Source: Longimicrobiales bacterium (GTDB lineage Bacteria; Gemmatimonadota; Gemmatimonadetes; Longimicrobiales; Gaopeijiaceae). Taken from it: a DNA stretch of 64,000 bases. Both the position numbers and the translations under genes were made by a program. Shown here piece by piece: positions 19,392 to 28,004 of the stretch; within the stretch, counting starts at the first letter, position 1; every line of letters begins with the position of its first letter. The stretch spans positions 349,340 through 413,339 of the forward strand of contig OX638356.1 in NCBI GenBank assembly GCA_951813395.1, given 5' to 3'. The notes under the pieces are model-generated. The model did no database searches. It was not told the DNA's origin and worked only from the letters and a program-made list of their open reading frames with translations.

Positions 19392-20570
19392 TCAAAAGAT
19401 ATTGACTTCGACTTCTCGCCGCTTTTCATCGAACCGTGTGTGCCGGAACGCGGTGATGTCGAGCGTGTGGGCGCGGCCGTCGGCGGCAAGTTCGGACACG
19501 GCCAGTCCGGTCGCGGGCGAGTGCATGATGCCGTGGCCGGAAAACCCGCACGCGTCGATCCAGCCGTCGGCTTCCGGGTGGAATCCGATGACGGGGCCGT
19601 TGTCGGGGGTGACGCCGTAGTACCCCCACCAGCTGCCCCGGCGGTCCACGCCCAGGTCGGCCCACCACGGGTAGCGGTCGACGCCGGCAATGAGCACGTG
19701 CTCCAGCCAGCTCCAGTCGATGCCCTCGGTGAATCCGTCGTCGGCGTGGGAATCGAGGCCGAAGAGGATCCGGTCGCCCTCGCTCCTCAGGTAGACGCCG
19801 GTGCCGAGATCGATGGTGAGCGGGTAGACGCGCTCGTCCGCGATGGGCGCGCTCAGGAAGATCTGGATCCGCTTGGGCCGCACCGGCACCGCCAGTCCCG
19901 CCAGCCGCCCGACGACGCCCGACCAGGCGCCGGCGGCGTTGACGACATGGCCGCACACGAACGAATGGCCGCCCGCCTCCAGCCTCCAGCCGCCGCTCTC
20001 GCGCCGGACCGCGGTCACCGGGTGGCGGAAGCGGTAGTCCACCCCGTCCCGGCGCCCCATGGCGACCCACGCGTGCGTGGCCATGTGGGGATCGATCACA
20101 CCGTCCCAGGGGCCGAATGTCGCGCCGCCGAGGTCGTCCGTTTCCATGGGGACGAACCGGCGCGCGTCGGCGGGCTCCAGCACCTCGACGGGAGCGCCGA
20201 GGCTGTGCTGGAGCGCCACCGACTCCAGGTGGGCGTCCCATCGCTCCGGTGGCAGGAGGAGCAGGTAGCCGATGTCGCGGTAGCCGATCTCGAAGCCGTA
20301 CCGTTCGCGGAAGCCGCGGTAGACGGGTAGGGAGTACATCGAGAACTCGATGTTGGGGCGCGTGGTGAACTGGACGCGGACCCCGGCCGCGCTGCGCCCC
20401 GTCGAGCCGAGAGCGGGAGCGGCTTCGCGCTCCAGGACGGTCACCGACAGCCCGCGCCGGGCCAGGTGGTATGCGCAGCAAGCCCCGACGATGCCCGCGC
20501 CCACCACGACGACGTCGCTGGCGTGGGTGGCCCCGCCGCCGCTCCGGGCGGAAGGGTGGGCGGGGGTCAC
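19392..20570 (-). CDS. FAD-dependent oxidoreductase (DAO family: D-amino-acid/sarcosine oxidase-like)
   Basis: Dinucleotide fold VVVVGAGIVGACCAYHLARRGLSVTVLE. I chose the GTG start at 20570 because it lies downstream of the upstream gene's stop (20584). The start is uncertain. Confidence 0.8.
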   Translation of the reverse strand: MTPAHPSARSGGGATHASDVVVVGAGIVGACCAYHLARRGLSVTVLEREAAPALGSTGRSAAGVRVQFTTRPNIEFSMYSLPVYRGFRERYGFEIGYRDIGYLLLLPPERWDAHLESVALQHSLGAPVEVLEPADARRFVPMETDDLGGATFGPWDGVIDPHMATHAWVAMGRRDGVDYRFRHPVTAVRRESGGWRLEAGGHSFVCGHVVNAAGAWSGVVGRLAGLAVPVRPKRIQIFLSAPIADERVYPLTIDLGTGVYLRSEGDRILFGLDSHADDGFTEGIDWSWLEHVLIAGVDRYPWWADLGVDRRGSWWGYYGVTPDNGPVIGFHPEADGWIDACGFSGHGIMHSPATGLAVSELAADGRAHTLDITAFRHTRFDEKRREVEVNIF

Positions 20571-20583
20571 GGTGCCGCTGCCA

Positions 20584-22104
20584 TTACCGCCTGGTGAACG
20601 CGACGCTCCCCTCGATCTCCGCGTGCAGGACCGCAACCTTCCCGTCGGTGCCGATCTCGAAGCGCAGGAACTCACGCTGGTTCGCGATTCCGGCCCAGGT
20701 GCTGCGGAACGTGTCGTGGTGCCAGTGCTCGAGGGTGCCCTCGAATCCCGCCCCGAAACTGGCGCGAAGAACTCCGTCCGCCTCGGTCACGACGATTTCG
20801 CCGTACATGTCGCTCTCGTACGTGCCGGCATACTCGGCGAGCGCCAGCGACGGGGACGTGCCCGCGACGCGACCCTCCTCGACCTGCTGCGCCTGCGCAC
20901 GGGTCTGCTCCTCGATCACGGCCCACCGTTCCTTCATCATCTCGCTCCAGGGCAGCCGCTCGCCGCCTTCGAGGCGGTCGACGAGATGGTGGGCGAGCGC
21001 GCTCGTGAATCCGTTGGCGCCGTTCAGGTTGGTGAGGATCACCCAGCCGTAGTCGCTTTCGGGAACCATGACCACCAGGGCCGTCATCCCGTCGATGTTG
21101 CCCCCGTGGGACACCATCTTGATGTCGCGGTAGTCGGTAAGGAACCAGCCCAGCCCGTACTGCAGAAAGTCCGACTCGGGAAAGACGAACGACCACAGCC
21201 CCTCGGCCCGAATGAGCATCTGACCGGTGTGCATCTCGCCGACGGCCGCTTCGGATATCAATCGCTCGCCCTCGTATTCGCCGCCGCCCAGTTGCAGCCG
21301 GACCCACTGGGCGACCTGCATCGCGCTGGAGTTGATCGAGCCCGCCGGGCCCGCGTTGTCAATGTCCCGGTACGGCACCGTCAGGAGCTCGCCGTCGGGT
21401 GTTTCGATGTGAGGCTCGGCCACGTTGTCCAGCCGGGCGAGCGGCCCGATCAGGGTCGTGCTGCGGGTCATGCCCAGCGGCTTGAAGATGCGCGCGGCCA
21501 CGAAGTCGTCCCAGCTCATCCCCGAAACCGCCTCGATGACCTCGCCCGCCGCGATCCACGTCGTGTTGTTGTACTGGAAGGTCGAACGCAGCGGGAACGT
21601 GACAGCCTGGTGGCGGACCCTCTCGAGGACCTCGGAGCGGGTGCGGCCGCTCGCGTACCAGATGCGGTCGCCGCGCAGGAGCCCGGTGTTGTGGCTCATC
21701 AGGTCCCGGATGCGGATGTCGCGCGTGATGTAGGGATCGCTCAGCTGGAAGGTGGGGAGATGATCGACCACCCGGTCGTCCCAGGACAGCTTGCCCTCGT
21801 CGACGAGCATCGCGACCGCGGCGGCGGTGAACGCCTTCGAGGAGGAGCCGATCGCGAAGATCGTGTTTTCGTCGATCGGATCGGATCCGCCGACGTTCTT
21901 GACGCCGAACCCCTTCGCGAAGGTGATCTCGTCGCCCTGCACGATGGCGATGCCGACTCCCGGGACGCTCCAGTCCTGCATCATCTCCTGAATGGTCTCG
22001 TCCAGTCCGGCCAGCGGATCCTGCCCGTAGGCGGAAGTCGCCGGGGCAAGGACAAGGAAAAGCACAGCGGCCGCCGCGGGCAGCCTATCGCGGATTCGAA
22101 GCAT
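20584..22104 (-). CDS. Secreted serine hydrolase, beta-lactamase/D-Ala-D-Ala carboxypeptidase/D-aminopeptidase-related, with C-terminal beta domain
   Basis: Signal peptide, SxxK motif (IGSSSKAF), YNN motif, HGG motif. I place the start at the ATG at 22104. Confidence 0.85.
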   Translation of the reverse strand: MLRIRDRLPAAAAVLFLVLAPATSAYGQDPLAGLDETIQEMMQDWSVPGVGIAIVQGDEITFAKGFGVKNVGGSDPIDENTIFAIGSSSKAFTAAAVAMLVDEGKLSWDDRVVDHLPTFQLSDPYITRDIRIRDLMSHNTGLLRGDRIWYASGRTRSEVLERVRHQAVTFPLRSTFQYNNTTWIAAGEVIEAVSGMSWDDFVAARIFKPLGMTRSTTLIGPLARLDNVAEPHIETPDGELLTVPYRDIDNAGPAGSINSSAMQVAQWVRLQLGGGEYEGERLISEAAVGEMHTGQMLIRAEGLWSFVFPESDFLQYGLGWFLTDYRDIKMVSHGGNIDGMTALVVMVPESDYGWVILTNLNGANGFTSALAHHLVDRLEGGERLPWSEMMKERWAVIEEQTRAQAQQVEEGRVAGTSPSLALAEYAGTYESDMYGEIVVTEADGVLRASFGAGFEGTLEHWHHDTFRSTWAGIANQREFLRFEIGTDGKVAVLHAEIEGSVAFTRR

Positions 22105-22109
22105 GTTCA

Positions 22110-22808
22110 CTACCAACTCCCGAGTTCGCCTGAGCGCGCGATCACCCCGGACAAACGGGCCGCGGCGTTGCGCCAGTTGGTCCGCACCGAGCTCTGGGCC
22201 AGGTCCGGGTCGCCGGCCTCGATCGCGTCGATGATTATCTGGTGTTCCTGCACCGAGACCGCGATCTGGTCCAGCAGGGCGTCGACGTAAAGGCGTGTAT
22301 ACCGCTCGGCCTGTGGCTTGATGGCGTTGTGAAGCGCCAGCAGCCTGGGCCCGGCCCCCCCTTCCACGTACGTCCGATGAAAACGGTTGTCGAGTTGAAA
22401 GATCCACTCGCGTGAGGGCGTGGTTCCCTCGGCCTCGACCAGCAGTTCGGCGTTGGTCTTGTTCAGGTCGGTGACCAGTTCCCCGCGGTCGTCGCGGCCC
22501 GCGGCGCTCCAGGCCGCGAGTCCCTCCATCTCGCCGACGATGTGAAGCAGCTCGAAGGCATCGTCCCGGGTGAGCGGTGCTACGTAGGGACGGCTCTGGC
22601 GCCCGGTGCCGGGGTCGCTGATGTAGCCTTCCTGCATCAGGCGCTGCAGAGCGCTGCGCACCGGGGTGCGGCTGAGGCCCAGGCGTTCGGCGACCTCCGT
22701 CTCAATCAACCGGGAACCCGGCGCCAACCTGCCGTGGACGATCAGTTCGCGAAGGTGCTGGTAGGCCTGGGTCCCGCGGTCGCTGGTGGCAGTTTTCGCA
22801 GGCGACAT
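22110..22808 (-). CDS. GntR/FadR-family transcriptional regulator
   Basis: N-terminal wHTH LRELIVHGRLAPGSRLIETEVAERLGLSRTPVRSALQRLMQEGYI and an FCD-like C-terminal helical domain. I place the start at the ATG at 22808. Confidence 0.85.
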   Translation of the reverse strand: MSPAKTATSDRGTQAYQHLRELIVHGRLAPGSRLIETEVAERLGLSRTPVRSALQRLMQEGYISDPGTGRQSRPYVAPLTRDDAFELLHIVGEMEGLAAWSAAGRDDRGELVTDLNKTNAELLVEAEGTTPSREWIFQLDNRFHRTYVEGGAGPRLLALHNAIKPQAERYTRLYVDALLDQIAVSVQEHQIIIDAIEAGDPDLAQSSVRTNWRNAAARLSGVIARSGELGSW

Positions 22809-22857
22809 GTCTCCGGTTCCGTGAAATTGTGACGTTCTTCCCACTACGAGGACAATC

Positions 22858-22908
22858 ATCCAAAATAACATGTTGGCATGTACGCCAGTTTTGTTCCCAC
22901 TTTTGGAT
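22858..22908. promoter_or_regulatory. Candidate operator cluster in the GntR / GNAT divergent intergenic region
   Basis: 8-bp inverted repeat ATCCAAAA (22858-22865) / TTTTGGAT (22901-22908), palindrome AACATGTT (22867-22874), and repeated CAAAA(C/G/T) motifs in an AT-rich spacer. Confidence 0.25.
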
Positions 22909-22992
22909 ACCTTGCCGTATCCGATTCCGCACTGTACGATTCCGCAACGGAAAAACTCCTGGTGAGCCATTCCTCGCAGCCTTCGGAGTGCG

Positions 22993-23871
22993 ATGCCGGA
23001 CCTTGCGCCGCAGCCCTCGGAAGCCGTCCTGAGCACCGTCGAGGAGTCTCCCCCCGACGGACGGTCGACGGACGGCGCGCAGATCGAGATTCGTCCCGCC
23101 AGGACGCGGGCGGACCTCGAAGCGTGCGTCGAACTGCAGCGTGATACCTGGGGCAAGTCCTTCTCGGAGGTCGTCCCGGTCAGCATGATGCAGGTCACGT
23201 GCAAGATGGGCGGGATCTGCATGGGGGCCTTCGCTCCCGGCGGCGAAATGCTTGGCGTGGTGTACGGTGTGACCGGCGTCCGCAACGGCGAACTCGCCCA
23301 TTGGTCCCACATGCTGGCGGTGCGGCCGCGGGCGCGGGACATGGGGATCGGCAAGAGGCTGAAACTCGCCCAGCGGGAAGGGCTGAAGGGTCGGGGCGTA
23401 AGCACGATGTACTGGACCTACGATCCCCTGGTGGCTCGCAACGCCCACCTGAACCTGAACCTCCTCGGAGCGTCGATCGACCGCTTCGTGCCCGACATGT
23501 ACGGCGCCTCGGACAGTGATCTGCACCGTTTGGGCACCGACAGGTTCATAGTCAAGTGGGACCTGAACGCCGAGTGCACCGCCGCGGCCGGCGCCCGCCG
23601 GGAAGCGCGGGCCAGGCGGGACGGCTCGCGGCCGATGCTCGGGATTCCGGGCGACGACGTCCAGGTTCCCCGCGGCCTCGATGCGGTCGAAGTGGTGATT
23701 CCGAGCGACATCGAAGCCATCGAAGCACGGTCCTTCGACGAGGCGCTCGAGTGGCGGCGCTCGTCACGCCGTGCGTTCCAGAAGCTTCTGGCCGGTCCCT
23801 ACGAGGTAAGCGGCTTCATCGCCGGAGGGAAGCATGCCAGATACGTGGTTTCGCGCGTAGCCGCGCGGTAG
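22993..23871 (+). CDS. GNAT-like acyl-CoA N-acyltransferase fold protein (uncharacterised family)
   Basis: 292-aa ORF. The ..HMLAVRPRARDMGIGKRLKLAQRE.. segment resembles the GNAT acetyl-CoA binding motif. Divergent from the GntR gene. Confidence 0.55.
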   Translation: MPDLAPQPSEAVLSTVEESPPDGRSTDGAQIEIRPARTRADLEACVELQRDTWGKSFSEVVPVSMMQVTCKMGGICMGAFAPGGEMLGVVYGVTGVRNGELAHWSHMLAVRPRARDMGIGKRLKLAQREGLKGRGVSTMYWTYDPLVARNAHLNLNLLGASIDRFVPDMYGASDSDLHRLGTDRFIVKWDLNAECTAAAGARREARARRDGSRPMLGIPGDDVQVPRGLDAVEVVIPSDIEAIEARSFDEALEWRRSSRRAFQKLLAGPYEVSGFIAGGKHARYVVSRVAAR

Positions 23872-23935
23872 ATGTAACGCGGGGCCCCCACGCCGGCCCG
23901 GGCCTCCGATCTTCATCCCCTGAAGGAGTTTTCCC

Positions 23936-26020
23936 ATGGACCGACTGCCGATTCGGATCGCCTCCTGGCCGCTGGCCGCCACGACGGTGTTGGTGTGCCT
24001 GTCACCGGTACAGGGCCAGCAGGGCATGGACGTGCTGACTGCGCGCGATGTTTTCGACCTCGAGTTCGTGAGCGACCCCCGGGTCGCCCCCGACGGGTCG
24101 CGCGTCGTCTTCGTGCGCCAGTGGTCAGACCCGCAAACCGACCGCAACTACTCGAACCTCTGGATCATGAACCGCAACGGTTCGGGGCTCCGTCCGCTGA
24201 CCTCGGGCAAGCACTCCGACAGCTGGCCCCGATGGTCTCCGGACGGGGGTCGGCTCCTCTACCTGTCGGACGCGGAATCGGACGGCGGACCCCCGCAGCT
24301 GCACATCCGCTGGATGGACACTGGCCAGACGCAGCGGATCACCGACCGAACGGAGGGACCGAGGGTTCCGGCATGGTCCCCGGACGGCACGATGATCGCC
24401 TTTTCGTCCTTCGTGCCGGACGCGGGCATGCAGCTGATCGCGATGCCGGATGCGCCGGACGGGGCGGAGTGGGCTGAACCGGCGCGGGTAATCCACGAAC
24501 TGGTGCACCGGTTCGACGGGGCGGGCGACCTGGAGCACGGCTTCACCCACCTGTTCGTGATGCCGTCCGAGGGCGGGACGGCGCGCCGTATCACCAGCGG
24601 CGACTTTCACCACGGCGGGTACGTGGGTCGTTCGGGGCGGGGACAGCCGGTCTGGTCGGCGGACGGCGGATCGGTGCTGATCACGGCCAACCGGCATGCG
24701 GACTGGGAGCTGGAGAACCGGAACACCGAGATCTACGAGGTTTCGCTCGGCGGCGAGATCGGGGCGCTCACCGACCGCAAGGGCCCGGACGCGGGCGTGG
24801 CGGTGTCTCCCGACGGACGCTGGATCGCGTACACCGGGTTCGACGACCGGTACCAGGGCTACCAGGTGACGGGGCTGTACATGGCGAACCGCGATGGCTC
24901 GCGTGCGCGCCAGGTGGCCGCGCAGCTGGACCGCACCGTCGGGGGGCTGGCCTGGTCACCGGATTCCGGGCGCCTCTACTTCTCCTACGCGGACATGGGC
25001 AACACGAAGATCGCGTACGTGGAGCCCGGCAGCGACGAGGTACATGTCGTCGCCGAAAACATGGGTGGATCGGGGTCGGCCTACGGCGGCGGGAGCTTCT
25101 CGGTGGGGCCGGGCGGCACGTTCGCGTACACGGTCTCGACGCCCACCGTGCTCAGCGAGGTGGCGGTCGGCGCCGACCGCGGCACCCGCGTCGTAACCGG
25201 CGTCAACGACGACGTGCTTGCGCACAAGACCCTCGGCGAGGTCGAGGAACTGTGGTGGCCGTCGTCGCACGACGGCCTGGACATCCACGGCTGGATCATC
25301 AAGCCGCCAGGGTTCGATCCGGGCCGGAAGTATCCACTGATCCTGGAGATCCACGGCGGGCCGTTCGCGAACTACGGCGACCGGTTCGACATCGAGAAGC
25401 AATCGATGGCTTCCGCAGGCTACGTCGTGCTCTATACCAACCCGAGGGGGAGCACATCGTACGGCGAGGAGTTCGGCAACCTCATCCACCACTCATACCC
25501 CGGCAACGATTTCTTCGACCTGGATTCGGGCGTGGACGCGGCGATCGACCTCGGGTACGTGGATCCGGAGCAGCTTTACATAACCGGCGGCAGCGGCGGC
25601 GGCGTGCTCTCGTCGTGGTCGATCGGCAAGACCGACCGCTACAACGCGGCGGCGGTGCTGTATCCGGTGATCAACTGGTACAGCTTCGCGGTGACGTCGG
25701 ACATTCCGATCACGGTGGCCAAGTACTGGTTCCCGGCCATGCCGTGGGAGGACCCCGAACACTACATGGCGCGGTCGTCCATTTCGCTGGTCGGCAACGT
25801 GACCACGCCCACCATGGTGCTGACCGGAGTGGAGGACTACCGGACGCCCATGTCCGAGTCGGACCAGTACTTCCAGGCCTTGAAGCTGAAGGGTGTGGAG
25901 GCGGTTCTGGTCAAGGTTCCCGGTGAGCCGCACGGGCTGCGGGTGCGGCCGAGCCACTTCATGCAGAAGATCATGTACATCATCGGGTGGTTCGACCGGT
26001 ACCGGGGGATGGCGAGTTAG
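23936..26020 (+). CDS. S9-family serine peptidase (prolyl oligopeptidase/acylaminoacyl-peptidase type) with N-terminal beta-propeller
   Basis: Signal peptide, TolB-like repeats (WSPDG..), nucleophile ITGGSGGG, and C-terminal ..GEPHGL. Confidence 0.9.
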   Translation: MDRLPIRIASWPLAATTVLVCLSPVQGQQGMDVLTARDVFDLEFVSDPRVAPDGSRVVFVRQWSDPQTDRNYSNLWIMNRNGSGLRPLTSGKHSDSWPRWSPDGGRLLYLSDAESDGGPPQLHIRWMDTGQTQRITDRTEGPRVPAWSPDGTMIAFSSFVPDAGMQLIAMPDAPDGAEWAEPARVIHELVHRFDGAGDLEHGFTHLFVMPSEGGTARRITSGDFHHGGYVGRSGRGQPVWSADGGSVLITANRHADWELENRNTEIYEVSLGGEIGALTDRKGPDAGVAVSPDGRWIAYTGFDDRYQGYQVTGLYMANRDGSRARQVAAQLDRTVGGLAWSPDSGRLYFSYADMGNTKIAYVEPGSDEVHVVAENMGGSGSAYGGGSFSVGPGGTFAYTVSTPTVLSEVAVGADRGTRVVTGVNDDVLAHKTLGEVEELWWPSSHDGLDIHGWIIKPPGFDPGRKYPLILEIHGGPFANYGDRFDIEKQSMASAGYVVLYTNPRGSTSYGEEFGNLIHHSYPGNDFFDLDSGVDAAIDLGYVDPEQLYITGGSGGGVLSSWSIGKTDRYNAAAVLYPVINWYSFAVTSDIPITVAKYWFPAMPWEDPEHYMARSSISLVGNVTTPTMVLTGVEDYRTPMSESDQYFQALKLKGVEAVLVKVPGEPHGLRVRPSHFMQKIMYIIGWFDRYRGMAS

Positions 26021-26035
26021 GGAAGCGCTGGTTAG

Positions 26036-26056
26036 ACTGGTTTATCAAACTAGTTT
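26036..26056. promoter_or_regulatory. Candidate Phd operator: ACTGGTTT-ATC-AAACTAGT and perfect palindrome AAACTAGTTT
   Basis: AT-rich inverted repeats 20-40 nt upstream of the phd start. Antitoxins commonly autoregulate through such sites. Confidence 0.35.
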
Positions 26057-26074
26057 TGCTACCCGCTCCGGGGG

Positions 26075-26320
26075 ATGGTCATGGTCACGGTAGGTGCGTT
26101 CGAAGCGAAGACACACCTCTCGTCGCTGCTCAACAGGGCGGCCCGGGGTGAAGAGGTGCTGATCACCAGGCGAGGGGTTCCGGTGGCGAGGCTCGTCCCC
26201 GCCGACGAAGCGGATCGGCGGGATGTCGCCGACGCGATTGACGAACTCCGGTCGATCCGGGAAGGGGTCTGTCTGGGCGACCTGGATTGGAGGGAGTTGC
26301 GGGATTCGGGGCGCCCGTGA
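26075..26320 (+). CDS. Phd/YefM-family type II antitoxin
   Basis: VGAFEAKTHLSSLLNRAARGEEVLITRRGVPVARLVP is a typical Phd/YefM N-terminus. Length is 81 aa. Confidence 0.85.
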   Translation: MVMVTVGAFEAKTHLSSLLNRAARGEEVLITRRGVPVARLVPADEADRRDVADAIDELRSIREGVCLGDLDWRELRDSGRP

Positions 26321-26766
26321 AGGGGTTTGTGCTCGACTGCTCGGTTGCCGCCGCGTGGCTGTTCCCCGACGAGGGGACGCCCGACACGGAAGCGCTGCTC
26401 GACCGGCTGAAGACGGAGGAGGCCCTCGTCCCCGGCATCTGGCACCTGGAAATCGGCAACGTCCTCGTGCGGGCCGAGCGGATGAAGCGCGTTGCCAAGT
26501 CCAGGGTCGCGGCCTATCTCAATCTTCTGCGGAGGTTGGCGATCGAAACCGACCCCGAGACCGATGAGCGCGCACTGCGGGAAACGCTGATGCTGGCCCG
26601 TGAGTGCGGCCTGAGTACGTACGATGCCGCGTACCTTGAACTGGCGATGAGACGGGGGGTCCAGCTTGCGACACTCGACCGCGGGCTGATTCGCGCCGCT
26701 CGATACGTGCAGGTCGAGACCGTCCCGAAAACAGAACTGCAAGTGCACGAGAGGCCACATGACTAG
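26317..26766 (+). CDS. vapC: PIN-domain toxin (VapC-like)
   Basis: VLDCSVAAAWLF.. (first acidic PIN residue), ..YDAAYLELA.., ..LATLDRGL... The GTG start overlaps the phd stop (GTGA). Confidence 0.85.
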   Translation: MKGFVLDCSVAAAWLFPDEGTPDTEALLDRLKTEEALVPGIWHLEIGNVLVRAERMKRVAKSRVAAYLNLLRRLAIETDPETDERALRETLMLARECGLSTYDAAYLELAMRRGVQLATLDRGLIRAARYVQVETVPKTELQVHERPHD

Positions 26767-28003
26767 AGACAGCACAGCGCGTGAGCGGGCTAGTTCCGTG
26801 TCCCGCCGCAGCATCCTCAGAGCCGCCGCCGGAGCGGCTGGCCTGACCCTCGCCGCGCCGTTCGTCAATCGGGGCCGCGTAACGCTGCAGGCGAGCAGTG
26901 GCGAGGGGCGAGGTACGCCTGACGCGGATGGGCGCGTGGGTGCTCGCCAGGAGTACTCCGTCCGCTGCGTCGACCTGGTGACGGGATCGCTCGTGATCGA
27001 CATGCTCTCGCCGCTGGTGATCTCCCGGTCCATTCAGCAGCGCTGGGGGCCCGACCTGGCGGGCATGACCGCCCGGGAGGAGCAGGACTTTCGCGACTCC
27101 GAGATCGATGTCTTCCACATCGCGGTAGGGGTCGGCGGGCGCGACCTCGACGACCAGTACCACAACTCGCTGCTCTTCGTGTCGGGGCACAACGCCTTCA
27201 TCGCGGCGCGGCCCGACCTCTTCGTGCGGGTCGACTCGGTCGAGGACCTGGCCGGCGTGCATGGGTCGGGGCGCGTGGGGATCATGATCGGCCTGCAGAC
27301 CTCGTCCCACTTCCACAGTCCCGACGAAGTCAACCTGTTTTATGGGCTCGGACAGCGCGTCTCGCAGCTCACCTACAACTCGCGCAACATGATCGGCAAC
27401 GGCGCCACCGAGCGGGTCGACGGCGGCATCTCGGACTTCGGCGTCGCGATCGTCGAGCGGATGAACGAGGTCGGGATGGCGGTCGACGTTTCGCATTCGG
27501 GCGACCGCACGACGCTGGACGCCTGCGAGATTTCGTCGCGGCCGGTCCTGTTCACGCACTCGAACAGCCGGGTGCTGTCGGGCGGCCATCCCCGCACCAA
27601 GACCGACGAGGCGATACGCGCGATGGCGGCGACCGGCGGCGTGATGGGAATGACGGGCGTGCGCATGTTCGTGAAGGACAGGGAGCCGACGACGATCGAG
27701 GACTACATCGACCATTTCGACCACGTGCGCGACCTGGTCGGCGTCGAGCACCTGGGCGTGGGCAGCGATGTCGACCTGCACGGCTACGATGACATGCCGG
27801 CCGACGAGTACGAGGCGCTCAAGGGTGCGTACAAGGACTCGTACGCGTTCCGCGACAAGATCGACATCGAGGGGATCGACCACCCGAAACGCATGTTCGA
27901 CCTGACCGAGGCGCTGATCCGGCGCGGCTACACCGACGAGCACATACGCGGGATTCTGGGCGGGAACTTCCAGCGCGTGCTGGGCGAAATCTGGGAGGTG
28001 TGA
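26759..28003 (+). CDS. M19-family (renal/membrane dipeptidase-like) protein with Tat-type signal
   Basis: SRRSILRAAAGAAGLTLAAPF signal. M19 motifs LGQRVSQLTYNSRN, AVDVSHSGD, LFTHSNSR and GVGSDVD. The N-terminal HxD motif seems absent (see findings). Confidence 0.8.
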   Translation: MTRDSTARERASSVSRRSILRAAAGAAGLTLAAPFVNRGRVTLQASSGEGRGTPDADGRVGARQEYSVRCVDLVTGSLVIDMLSPLVISRSIQQRWGPDLAGMTAREEQDFRDSEIDVFHIAVGVGGRDLDDQYHNSLLFVSGHNAFIAARPDLFVRVDSVEDLAGVHGSGRVGIMIGLQTSSHFHSPDEVNLFYGLGQRVSQLTYNSRNMIGNGATERVDGGISDFGVAIVERMNEVGMAVDVSHSGDRTTLDACEISSRPVLFTHSNSRVLSGGHPRTKTDEAIRAMAATGGVMGMTGVRMFVKDREPTTIEDYIDHFDHVRDLVGVEHLGVGSDVDLHGYDDMPADEYEALKGAYKDSYAFRDKIDIEGIDHPKRMFDLTEALIRRGYTDEHIRGILGGNFQRVLGEIWEV

Positions 28004-28004
28004 A

